A stretch of DNA of 64,000 nt from the human T2T-CHM13v2.0 reference genome, Homo sapiens: the NCBI RefSeq assembly GCF_009914755.1, contig NC_060937.1, one strand, 5' to 3'. Made by a program: the position numbers and the translations under genes. The notes beneath the pieces are model-generated. The model was not told the DNA's origin, ran no database searches, and saw only the letters and a list, made by a program, of their open reading frames with translations. Positions 24,175 to 36,575 of the stretch are shown one piece after another (the first letter of the stretch is position 1; the number at the start of each line of letters is the position of its first letter).

Positions 24175-26540
24175 CCGTATGCCTCACAGCGTTTCCTCCG
24201 TATGCCTCACAGTTTGCTCCGTACACCCGCGTTTCCTCCGTATGCCCCAGTTTCCTCCATATGCCTCAATTTCCTCCGTACGCCCCACAGTTTCCTCCAT
24301 ATGCCCCACAGTTTCCTCCATATGCCTCAATTTCCTCCGTACGCCCCACAGTTTCCTCCGTATGCCCCAGTTTCCTCCATACGCCCCGGTTTCCTCCATA
24401 CACCCCACAGTTTCCTCCATACGCCCCACAGTTTCCTCCATATGCCCAGTTTCCTCCATACACCCCACAGTTTCCTCCATATGCCTCAATTTCCTCCATA
24501 CGCCCCCCAGTTTCTTCCATACACCCCACAGTTTCTTCCATACGCCCCACAGTTTCCTCCATATGCCCAGTTTCCTCCATACACCCCACAGTTTCCTCCA
24601 TATGCCTCAATTTCCTCCATACGCCCCCCAGTTTCTTCCATACACCCCACAGTTTCCTCCATATGCCCAGTTTCCTCCATACACCCCAGTTTCCTCCATA
24701 TGCCTCAATTTCCTCCATACGCCCCCCAGTTTCTTCCATACACCCCACAGTTTCCTCCATACACCCCACAGTTTCCTCCATATGCCCAGTTTCCTCCATA
24801 CACCCCACAGTTTCCTCCATATGCCTCAATTTCCTCCATATGCCCCCCAGTTTCTTCCATACACCCCACAGTTTCCTCCATACGCCCCACAGTTTCCTCC
24901 ATATGCCCAGTTTCTTCCATACGCCCCACAGTTTCCTCCATATGCCTCAATTTCCTCCATACGCCCCCCAGTTTCTTCCATACACCCCACAGTTTCCTCC
25001 ATACGCCCCACAGTTTCCTCCATATGCCCAGTTTCTTCCATACGCCCCACAGTTTCCTCCATATGCCTCAATTTCCTCCATACGCCCCCCAGTTTCTTCC
25101 ATACACCCCACAGTTTCCTCCATACACCCCACAGTTTCCTCCATATGCCCAGTTTCCTCCATACACCCCACAGTTTCCTCCATATGCCTCAATTTCCTCC
25201 ATACGCCCCCCAGTTTCTTCCATACACCCCAGTTTCCTCCATACACCCCACAGTTTCCTCCATATGCCCAGTTTCCTCCATACATCCCACAGTTTCCTCC
25301 ATATGCCTCAATTTCCTCCATACGCCCCCCAGTTTCTTCCATACACCCCACAGTTTCCTCCATACGCCCCACAGTTTCCTCCATATGCCCAGTTTCTTCC
25401 ATACGCCCCACAGTTTCCTCCATACACCCCACAGTTTCCTCCATATGCCTCAATTTCCTCCATACGCCCCCCAGTTTCTTCCATACACCCCAGTTTCCTC
25501 CATACGCCCCACAGTTTCCTCCATATGCCCAGTTTCTTCCATACGCCCCACAGTTTCCTCCATATGCCTCAATTTCCTCCATACGCCCCCCAGTTTCTTC
25601 CATACACCCCACAGTTTCCTCCATACACCCCACAGTTTCCTCCATATGCCCAGTTTCCTCCATACACCCCACAGTTTCCTCCATATGCCTCAATTTCCTC
25701 CATACGCCCCCCAGTTTCTTCCATACACCCCACAGTTTCCTCCATACACCCCACAGTTTCCTCCATATGCCTCAATTTCCTCCATACGCCCCCCAGTTTC
25801 TTCCATACACCCCACAGTTTCCTCCATACGCCCCACAGTTTCCTCCATATGCCCAGTTTCTTCCATACGCCCCACAGTTTCCTCCATATGCCTCAATTTC
25901 CTCCATACGCCCCCCAGTTTCTTCCATACACCCCACAGTTTCCTCCATACACCCCCCAGTTTCCTCCATATGCCCAGTTTCCTCCATACACCCCACAGTT
26001 TCCTCCATATGCCTCAATTTCCTCCATACGCCCCCCAGTTTCTTCCATACACCCCACAGTTTCCTCCATACACCCCACAGTTTCCTCCATATGCCCAGTT
26101 TCCTCCATACACCCCACAGTTTCCTCCATATGCCTCAATTTCCTCCATACGCCCCCCAGTTTCTTCCATACACCCCACAGTTTCCTCCATACGCCCCACA
26201 GTTTCCTCCATATGCCCAGTTTCTTCCATACGCCCCACAGTTTCCTCCATATGCCTCAATTTCCTCCATACGCCCCCCAGTTTCTTCCATACACCCCAGT
26301 TTCCTCCATACACCCCACAGTTTCCTCCATACGCCCCAGTTTCCTCCATACGCCTCAATTTCCTCTGTATGCTTCAGTTTCCTCCATACACCCCAGTTTC
26401 CTCCATACGCCTCAGTTTCCTCTGTATGCTTCAGTTTCCTCCATACACCTCAGTTTCCTCCGTCTGCCTCACAGTTTCCTCTATAAGCCTCAGTTTCCTC
26501 AGTACACCCCACAGTTTCCTCCCTACACCTCCGTTTGCTT
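24175..26540. repeat. About 2.35 kb minisatellite of 18-21 bp monomers (cagtttcctccatacacccca) with a 121-bp higher-order unit, intron 4
   Basis: Monomer variants recur every 121 bp (ORF offsets 24705/24826/24947). Confidence 0.96.
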
Positions 26541-29500
26541 GTTTTGCACAAATGACTGACAACAGAACACTTGTGGGTGTGGACGGAGCTCGCGTCTCGA
26601 AGTGTTTCTAAGATGCTATTTTCAGCAGGTCGCTATAAACGCTTTCTACTCTGAAGCACACAGGGGCTGGGGCTGGCCTTCGGAGTTACGAGGAAACGAG
26701 GACCAGGACCAGGGATTCTGCATCAGCACAGCCGCCAGGAGCCGGCCGGGGCCCCATCCCTGACACTGCTGTCGCCCGGCTGTACCTGGGTGCTGTGTCC
26801 GCGGGGCGTCTGGAGACGTCGATGTGGTCATAGCAGGGCCTGGAACGGGGAGGTCTGGCCTGAACTAGAGAAATGAGGGGCGTATCCGCTTCTCCACCCT
26901 GGCCTCAGATGAAGAGGCTCTGGGGGCAGGAGGGAGTCAGACACGTGCAGGGCAGGCGGCCTGTGCAGGGCCCAACCCTCCGGCACCAGAACCTGACCTC
27001 CTCAGAGGCCCCCACCATGGAGGGATGTCTGGGGGATGCTGTGCGCTGCCGCTACGATGTTTGGTTAGAGATTAAAGCCATTTCAGAAGTGGACACCTGC
27101 CCATGTGATGCAAAGGGCTGGGAACCCGGTCTTGACTTTGCCTGGAATGCCTTTCGGAAAGACCTCTGTCCCTGAGGCTGAGGGACAGTGCCTGCTCCTG
27201 CCAGGTGCCCAGCTCTTAAGCGGTCCCCAGACTCATGCCGCCTGCCCCGGGGCCTCCCCCAACTCATTTTTTTATTTCCCTGTTGGGAATGTATTGATAC
27301 CTCTAGGATGCAAGGACGGAACCACACCTGAGGGGTGGACAGTCAGCCGGTGCCCAGCAAATATCTGTGGAATTTCCTCCACACAACAGGGAAAGCGATG
27401 GAGACAGAAACCTCTGCAGGCCCCCGAGGGCACCCACTTCCCTGACCCCGTCCACCTCCCTGACCCCCGCCCACCTCCCTGATCCCCATCCCGCAAGCTG
27501 GGCCTAGGGTATCGGTGGCCTGGCTGGTCATGCCCTGGGCGCCAGCGCCTGTTCAGGAGGTGAAGGGTTTATCTCAGCTTGGCCCATGACTGCGTTGAAG
27601 GACAGGAGGGAGCGGCTGTGGCTGTGGCTGGAATCTGAAGCCGGTGCGGGCGGCCAGGGCCTTTCCCTGGGTGGTGACGAGCGAGGACCAGAGCCCTGTC
27701 TGCCCGAGGGAAGGGCGAGGGGACACTCCCCGTGGCGGGGGTGGGATCCCGGTAGCCGGGGCTCAGTGACCGCTGCCTGGGCCACCGCCTGTGGGGACCT
27801 GACCTTCCTGGGGAAACCCATGGGTCAAAGGAGCCGAGAAATCCAAGCACCAAGTGGCCGCTAGGGCAGGACGGGCGCGTTCGCAGTGGAGAAGCTGGGT
27901 GTGTCCGTGGGAAAGGAAAGAAATGGAAGCAGAGGCTCTTCAGGGGCACCTGGGAACGCAGCCTACACTCTTCCCAGGCCTCCTCCCTCCGTCCACTGTG
28001 CCGCCTGGGTCCTGGGACAGCCTGAGGGCCGCAGGCTCCCATGCAAGGCCCGCTGGGGGCCTGCTTGTCTGGGGCTGAATTTGGACTTTATGGGGCTATG
28101 GCTTTAATTTCACAATGACCGATAACCAGTGAACTGAAGCCAGGACAGCACCGTGAGCACCAAGTCAGAGAATTTTCACGAGGGAACCAATGAACAGGAA
28201 CAGAGTGTGAGGCTGCCCCAGCTGCATCCTCCGGGAGGCGCCTTCCCAAGGGAGTGCAAGGCTGCCTGCTGTGGCCAGGCCACCAAAGCACCTTCTTCAC
28301 CGCCAGGCATCTTTTGAGGCACGCGAACATCAGAGGCCCCAGCCACGTGCTCTGGAGGAGAAGCTGAGAGCCCCAGGCCACAGGCAGGGCAGCCTCTGAG
28401 GGCCGGCTCAGGGAGAGTGGCCGGAGCTTCTGGCCTGGGGCAGGTGGACCCGTTAGAAACTGCATGTGTTGCCTCTGGCACCAGCCACAGCAAGAGATTC
28501 TCTTCCTATCACACAGGGAACAAACTCAAGGATCTTGACCTTGCCCTCCTCTCCCCAGCTGGCCGCACTTGGGGACGCTGATGCCACAAAGGAAATAACC
28601 AAAACAAGATAACTCTATTGGGCGGCGGGAACAGAAAGGAACATGTAGCAATCACTCCTCTTCATCCATGCAAGGAAGCGAGGCGATGCCTTGAAAAGGA
28701 CGGCCTTCTTTGCTGCAAATAGCCAGAAGTGAACTGAGCAAAGGAAGCACGGGACGCACAGGAAGAAAAGTGCTCCAAGGGACGGACAGGACGGTGCCGG
28801 GGTTAGGAAAGCGCAACACTGTTCAGACACAGTCTCCGATATATGAATGGCAAGCCCAGTTAAAAATATCTAAAGGGCTTTTTTAGGTTTTTAAGAATAT
28901 TTTTAAGGTTTAGTTTTATTAAAAAATAAGCAAGACAACCAGAAAAAAGACTGAGGAGGGCATAGGAGACCCACCCGCGTGCATGAGGCCGAGTCTAAAG
29001 CTGTGGCCATGGCCTGTGGAAACCCGGCAGAAAATCTCCCAAATACCCAGCATATGAGGACGGCAGCAGGTGAGGCACTGGGGTGAGACAGACTCAAATG
29101 TGTGGTGTTGGGGCAGGAACTGAGCCTGCAGTCTAGATCCCCACCTCATCCATCACGTCAAAAGAAATTACGGGCGGGTCACAGATGAAAACACCTAACA
29201 GCAGGTAACTGTTTTGTAATCTTGGGGAGAAGCCTAAAGCCCAGGAACTAAGAGAGTATAACAAGTGTGAATACAGAATTTAAAAGAAGAGACTGGTTTA
29301 GCAATCACTAAGATAAAACACGCGTGACAGGATCTGCTTGTCTCCTCTGAGCACACAGGAGCCTCTGCCCCAAATGCAGACATTGGGCCCTACGTGGCAC
29401 CTGGCTACTGTGCATGGTTGCAGGTCAGGGCAGGCCGGGCCACAGGGCAGGGCCACCCTCCCATTCCCATGTTTACAGTGAGCATTTCCTCTGCCTGTGT

Positions 29501-29879
29501 CTCTTGGGCTGGGGTCTGTGATACAAGTCCGGGAGGCCAGAGACGCCCACGGACAGTGCGTGGGGCTTGGGGAGCGGGACTGAGCCACCTCTGACTCCTT
29601 CTGCTGACTGGGATCCAGCTCCAAAGCCATGCCTGGGAAGAGACTCCTGCCTCTCCCAGGATGACTCCGTCCCGCCACGCCTCTGCTCTCAGCGCCCACA
29701 GGGACTCACCAAGCTGGACTTTCATCTAAAACTAGACACACGTGACGCCAGCGGACCACAGACCCAGTGCAAGGGGAGCTGTGTGGGTTGTGCTGAAGGT
29801 ATGTTAAAATTCATACAGGACACCCAAAACAATCAATCTTATTGCATGATAATTTTAAAATAATAAAAAAGACTTGTGG

Positions 29880-30670
29880 CAAGCTGAAAAAATTTTTGAT
29901 AACTTTACTACCAATGGCTAATGTGCAAACTCCTACAAATTGAGAAAAACAGGCAAAAAATATAAACAACAGTTTATAGGAAAAGAAATACACAGTTTTT
30001 AAACCTATGAAGGACAGCTTTACTCATTAGTTAAAAAAAAAAAAAAAACCTGAAATGACTGATGTCATTTCTCGCCTGTTACATTGGAAGAGATCAAAAG
30101 TTTAAAAAAACAGTTCATTCACCCCTGCAGGGGCGGAGGCTAAGGCTGGCTCTGGGATAATTTGGCAGTATCTGTATCCAAAGGAAACATGAGGACTGCC
30201 TCTGCGATTCCATCCTTGGGAACGCATCCCGCAGACACTCAGACGTGTGGGAGGCAACAGGTGCATGAGGATGTCACGCCAGTTTTGTTTAAATGATGGA
30301 AATTGGAAATAACCTGGACATCAGCCAACATGCATGGGCTAAGTTCATATGATGCACCGGCTGGAAATGCCAGCGTGAAGGTGAGACACGCTAAGAGAGG
30401 GTCTCCTGTGCAGACAGAGTTGCAGAGGCACGGGACAGACCGTGTGTGCTAAGCCGCCACGCGTGTGAAGAGCGGAAGGCCGCTCACACATGTTTACATG
30501 TCTAAGCACAAGATTCTTGGAACTGTAACTACGGTGGTGTCTGACTGGACGACTCAGAGGCGGGGATGGGCTTTCACATCACACTCTGTGAAACATTTAC
30601 ATTTTGTTCCATGTGCATTTATTGCCTATTGCTAAAAACGTCAAAATTTACTTGTTTAAAAAAGAAAGTT
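29880..30670 (+). mobile_element. Degenerate old L1M 3' fragment
   Basis: A-rich with L1 3'-end-like motifs (gcgattccatccttgggaa, aaattggaaataacct); heavily diverged. Confidence 0.4.
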
Positions 30671-30813
30671 TGGCGAAAAGGGAGCAGGCCTCGGCAAGGG
30701 ACCACAGCTCCTTAAAAAACAGAACTATTCAGGGCCCTCCACAAACCACAGCCAAGCCTAAAGCCGCCCAAACCCACAGTGCTCCCAGGAAGGCGCAAAG
30801 GAGGCCGACTTAC

Positions 30814-30876
30814 TTTGCACGCAGGTGGCGAAGCCTGAGTTTTTGGTGTACGGAGACCCATACTTGTTGATGCAGT
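30814..30876 (-). CDS. GAS6: GAS6 exon 4 (loop region DCINKYGSPYTKNSGFATCVQN)
   Basis: AG/GTAAGT boundaries; 63 nt; frame continuity. Confidence 0.96.
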
Positions 30877-32312
30877 CTGCAGGAAGAAAGGGAATGGATG
30901 TCAGTCATCCTTACAAGACCGGATGGACTGCAGAGCCTCTGCTTCTGAGACGCTCTGGAGAGGCAGTTACTCTGCTTACCTGGGGTGCTATCATCCTCCA
31001 GAAACAATGCCGCTTAGCTTGTGTTAATAAAAAACATGTTAGCCCCAACCCTGACAAACAGGAAACCACCTCCACCAACTCAGCGGAGTTGTGCACCCAC
31101 AGTCAAGTGCGTAAAGCACCGCCCGCCGTTTCGAGGGGGCTCCTCCTGCCATACGGGAGAATCACCGGGAATGCTCAGTAAGTTCCTGACGGTACTCGAA
31201 AAGCTAAACTTCATTTTCCAGTGGACCCCCATTGGGAAACGCTGTGCTTAACTGGAAAGCCACTCTGCTTTGGAGAAAGCCCCTCCATGCTCTCTGGCTG
31301 GCTGAACACAGCTTGACAGCAGACATCCCGCTAGGGCGGCGGGGGGAGGCGAGGCCTGGCACATGCACATCCAGGGATAACCCGAAGCGTGAGGTTGTGC
31401 AGAACGGTGCGGGGCCTCTCGACCTGGCCCTTCAGTGGGTTACTGTTGCTTATCCAGGCGCAGAACGGCACGGATGAACAGCGGAAGGCCTCCTGCAGGT
31501 GTGCTGTGGACCGCTGGCCACCCCCTGCTTCAGAACTCAGTCCTCGCTGGTGCCTGGGCTTTCTGGGCCAGTGCCAGACCCACTGTGTTTGTTCCAGATA
31601 TGGACCCAGGGAAGGACCCTTTAAGAGGACATTTACTAAAATGCACTTTGCAACATTAAAAAGAAGACCCTGGAATACATTTCTCTCCTTCTAAGTGAAA
31701 TGCTCTCAAAGAGCTCTAAGATGGTGTCAGTTAAACGGGCTGACCCGGGGTCTCTGGGTTTCACTTTCTTGCTGTCCTCCCTTCCCAAGTGTACAGTGGG
31801 GGTCTCCAGAGGCCGCCCCACATGCACCAGCTGCTCTGATGGCTGAGATAACGTCTGGCATTCCCGTTCTTCAAATTAAACAGAAACACTATTCAGTGTT
31901 TTCGGTTTTAATTAAGAATACGGTAAATATCAGTCAATACAGCCCACATGAACATGGACCCCTTTGGGGTCCTCAATGACTTCAGAAGTGATTAGTGCTG
32001 AGGTCAGAAAACCGGAGGACAAAATCAATTACACGTCCTGACAAGGAGCTGAGCCTGGCATCAACTCAGAGAAGGGGTTTGCAGATAACAGCATTCACCT
32101 GAGGTTCCACTAACACGGAATAAAGCTGTGGTATAAAATAAAGAGAGAAACTTGTGTTTCTGACCTGCATGTTCCGGACAGTTCCACGTGCACCATGTGA
32201 TTAAGAATCTTCCTTCCAAGAGTTACGTGGTGAGGAGATTCCTCCAACATGAAACACGCACCCCCAACTATGCCTCTACGACAACCAGAGTAGAGAAGTA
32301 ATTGAGACTTAC

Positions 32313-32337
32313 CTAAGTATCTTGGGTAAAAATAATC
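32313..32337 (-). CDS. GAS6: GAS6 exon 3 (25-nt micro-exon, aromatic stack DYFYPRYL)
   Basis: Strong pyrimidine tract plus CAG; donor GTAAGT; keeps frame with exons 2 and 4. Confidence 0.96.
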
Positions 32338-32612
32338 CTGTGGAAAAAGAAAAAGAAAAGGCAAGCATTGACCGGCACACTACGAGGGTCTCTGAACAAC
32401 ATAAGCATCAGCTGGTTAATCAGAGGCTGCTCTCGGGGCAGCCAGAGGGCCGCCCCACCCGGGGAACTGAGGGGAAGTGACCGGGGCACGACTGCTGTGA
32501 GACCAACAAGCAAAGGCAGGGCCATTTCCAGCTGCGTAGGAAGTGCTACCAGGTGTGTCCAGGGGAGAGGCCTGCCCAGGAGGACAAGAATGCTTCCAAG
32601 TAAAACCCCACT

Positions 32613-32700
32613 CTTAGTTCCCTGTTGACATAAGGGTCTCTAAAACCCAAAGACCTTAGTTCCCTGTTGACACAAAGGTCTCTCAAAACCCCAAAGACCT
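32613..32700. repeat. 42-bp tandem duplication
   Basis: cttagttccctgttgaca at 32613 and 32655. Confidence 0.85.
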
Positions 32701-34232
32701 TTCTTTTGGCACACGGGCATTGATTTGCACTTATAGTATTGGTGAAACAAAATTGGTACTGGGTGAGGATGGAGGCTGTAATGAAGGGTCTTCTTATCCA
32801 TGAAAGCGCACTGACGAGGTCCACATTCGACACAAGTGAGCTGTCGAGTCCTGGAACCACCTGCCTGTCACTTGGCCAGCAGAGGCCGGCCGGAAACTTC
32901 TTCAGGATCCTTTTGCCATGGCCCACAGATTCTAGGGCCACAGCCTGGTTAAAGCAGCCTCCAATCTCCAGCTTAGGGTCAACCATGCCAGCAGTTTGGC
33001 CCTAAATGCTCTAAACCAAGAGACCACAGTCATGGCAGAATAGTCCCAGCGGCCTCTCCATGCTGGGTATGAGTCAGCATTTTTACACTATTTTATGAAA
33101 TCCTCACAAATAACACCCAGGAAGGTCTTTTTAATCCCATTATCAGGAATGAGGAAACCCGGCTTCAGGATGGTTGTGGGATTCACCTGGGGGCATGAAG
33201 GTCAGGATTAGCAGGCGCTGGTAGCATTTTGCAGAGTAGCAGACAGAGGCGGTAGGTACCCAGCGCCGTCTGCAACGCGCCTCTGGCTTCATGAGCTGGC
33301 TCTGCACGGCCTTTCTGCCTCCTTCCCACCTCTCTCCCACACTTGCTGGCCTCGCCACACCTTTTGTGGGAAGAGCCTGGAGGCCCCGCCCCAGCCTTGC
33401 CAACACCCTCCTGAGGCCTGCTTGGATGTGTTTTCACAAAGTTGTGTTCTAGGAAAGATGGGATGCTCTTAAACTCTTACTCCCTTAAGAGAAAGGAAGG
33501 GTCAGGGTGAGCTGGTGTGCAGCTCACGTGTCTGTTGGGAGGGCGGCCGCCCTGAAGGCCAGGAGGGCTGCAGACCTGGAACACACACCCTCATGCCTGC
33601 CCTCATTTCTCTCACTTCCAATTTTAGTCATGGGTTGGCAAACTCCAAGAAAAGGCAAGAACAGCCATACCAAGTGAGCCCTGGTGGAGTCCTGGAGCAA
33701 CACGAAGTGGCACCAGGTTTCTAGGCTTGGAAGGAGAAGGGAAGTGATGGGGCTTTGTCTCAAAGCAGGAGGCTCTGGCTCTGAAATAAGACTTGCGAGG
33801 GATGCAAAAGGTGTCCTTTCAGGTTTAGAAGCCAGGGATTGAAAACAACTAAGAACTAGTGAGCAAACGGCCTAACTATACACAAATGCTTGCATTACCA
33901 CAGCTTTACAGCAAGTGTGTTCTATTTTTCAAAATCAAGACTAGTCATACTACTTAATGTGTAATCTGTATTAATACCAAGTTTTATTGTTGCAAAAAGG
34001 CATTATTCATGGAAAAACTATGCCAATCTCCTGTCAGTTCGCCACACCTATGGGAATGGGGTTTCTGAAACCACAGGGTTATAGCCCTGGGCACTGTATC
34101 CTAATTTGCATGTTTGATTATTTGAGACAGTAATGGAGGCAGAAAGCATATGCTAATTCCACCGGCAAACTAGGGGAAAGATGGTTAAACCATGAGCAAG
34201 AGAAAAGCTAAGATGAATAAACCTAAAAACGC

Positions 34233-34390
34233 TATACACTCCTGAGAGAAAGAAAAAGAGACATTTCACATTTTCCTGAGAACATTCTGGTACACACTCC
34301 CAAGAAAGAAAGACATTTCACGTTGTCCTGAGAACATTCTGGTATACACTCCTGAGATAAAGACATTTCACATTGTCCTGAGAACATTCT
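34233..34390. repeat. About 52-58 bp tandem repeat x3
   Basis: acactcc...agacatttcac...cctgagaacattct repeated. Confidence 0.85.
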
Positions 34391-34969
34391 AGCCAAAGAT
34401 GTAAGACCCAGAAATGGCTTTGAGTAAAGGCACCCAGATAAGCTCTCTGACCTGCAGAACCAAACACAGAGCACTTTGTCCTCAAAACCCTCCCACCCCT
34501 GTCTGCACTACTGCTTGTTCAGGTCCATAAACCTTGGCCTGAAGCCCTGCATTAGCCATATCTCCAGAGCAGCACCCCCAGGAGTCCCCATGGAGCAGAG
34601 GCCACCACTCAGGAGGCCGGAATTTAGAACCAGGAGCTCCTTATGTACACACTGACTCTCTTTCTTCTAAACCTAGGAAGAGCAAGACCTATGGTAATGG
34701 GTTGGCGTGCTGGGGTTAGGTGAGGGCAACAGGGGGAAGAAGCTGGGATTCCCAGGCTGGAAATGGCGCCATTTGGCCCCTGGAAATCCTTTCCCCGGGG
34801 ATCTGCTTCTGTTTTATTTGAACAGCTACAGATAAAAATAAGTGAGCAAACCCCAAGCCACTGCACTGTTAGCTGAAGCTTCAAGAGGAAAAAGACAACA
34901 TCTACCTGCCCAGCACCGAGCCTGGTGCTGACTGTCCCCCAGAGGCCTCATGAGCCGTCACCAAACACA

Positions 34970-35975
34970 TGGATGGATGACAGATGGACAGTGGATGAGT
35001 GCGTGAAAGAATGGATGGGTGAATAAATGAGTGGATGGGCAGATGGATGCATGAATGAGTGGGTGGATGGATGGATGAGTGAATGGATGAATGACTGAAC
35101 AGATGGATTGATAGATGGATAGATGGATGGATAGATGCATGTATGGATAAATGCACAGATGAATGAATGAATGGATGGATGAGTGAATCGGTGGATAGAT
35201 TAGTGAGTAGGATGGATGAGTGAGCAGACAGATGCATGGATGGATAAGTGAGTGGATGGGTGAATAACCAGATGAATGAATGAATGAATCAGTGGATGAA
35301 TGAGTGAATGGGAATGAATGAATGGATGAGTGGATAGAGATGGATGAATGAACAAATGAATGAGTGGATGGATGAGTGGGTGGATGAAAGAATGAATGAG
35401 TGGGTGGATGAGTAAATGAATGGAGATGGATGGATAAATGAATGAGGATGGACGGATGACTGAGTGGGTAAATGAATAAATGCGTAGATAGATGGGTGAG
35501 TGGATGGATGGATGGATGAATGAATAAAACAATGAGTGAATAGATGGATGAGTGAGTGTATGAATGAATGAGTGGGTGGATGAGTGAGTGGCCAGATGAG
35601 TGAATGAATGAGTGGGTGGATGGGTGAGTGAATGGATGAATGAATGAAAGAATGAGTGAGTGGGTAGATGAGTGAGTACATGAATGGATGAGTGGGTGGA
35701 TAGGTGAATGGATGGACAGATGAATGAATGAATGGGTGAATGAGAGTGAGTAGATAGATGAATACATGAATGAATGAATAGGTGGGTGGGTGAGTGGGTG
35801 GGTGAATGGATGAGTGAATGGGTGGGTGAGTGAGTGGATAGATGAGTGAGTGGGTGAATGGGTGACTGGATGGATGGAGATGGATGAATAAATGAAGGAA
35901 TGAGTGGATGGATGGATGAGCGAGTGCATGGATAGTTGAATGAATGAGTGGGTGGATGGGTGAATGAATGAATCA
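34970..35975. repeat. Degenerate (TGGA/TGAA/TGAG)n tetranucleotide tract
   Basis: Direct inspection. Confidence 0.93.
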
Positions 35976-36391
35976 GTGGGCAAGTGCAAGGGCCTGCAGT
36001 TTTCACTCCCACAGAGCACTGAATGCTCAGTTTCACTTAAATCATAGATAAGTACTTGGAAGAAAAGTCAAAATCAATGCTCCCAGTCTGTTTCTTTTAA
36101 TAATATGGAAGTGTTTGTGCTGTAATTCCTCAAGTTTACAAACCCCCACGTGATTTTAAAACTTACATCCTTGTTATTAACTGACATCTGCCAAACCCAC
36201 TCTTCTAGGTGGCAAGCGTGGTGCCCACTGCACGGAGGATGCAGCCATTAGGTCTCTCGGAGGTTTGTGTGCTTTGCTGTTCCCGGCAGGGACGACTTGG
36301 AGGGCAACAGCCTCCTGGTCAGTGCAGGGCCCCGTCCCTGGGTGAAGCAGGGCAGGTGCTCGGCCTGTGCTCCCGAGGCTCTGGCGCAACT

Positions 36392-36575
36392 GTGAGTGGC
36401 CCAGGATGGCCATGAATGCAGCCCAACATAAATTCGTAAACTTTCTTAAAACATGAGCTTTAGGCACAGACCTTCTTTTTAGCTCATCAGCTACTGTTAG
36501 TGTTAATTTTATGTGTGGCCCAAGACAGTTCTTCTTCCAATGTGGCCCACGGAAGCCAAAAGATTGGACGTCCCC
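36392..36575 (-). mobile_element. MER30 (hAT-Charlie DNA transposon)
   Basis: Reverse complement matches recalled MER30 consensus GGGGTGTCCAATCTTTTGGCTTCC..GGGCCACATTGGAAGAAGAA..GCTGATGAGCTAAAAA..TTTTAAGAAAGTTTACGAATTT. Confidence 0.85.

Noticed and set aside
23988-26611. 832, 810 and 785-aa ORFs as real genes (gliadin-like or WW-ligand-like PQFPPY repeats)
   Set aside because: Pure translation of a C/T-rich minisatellite; open in all frames by composition; FPPY is not PPxY; kept only as a speculative finding
34902-36036. His/Ser-rich ORFs
   Set aside because: Translation of (TCCA/TTCA)n simple repeat
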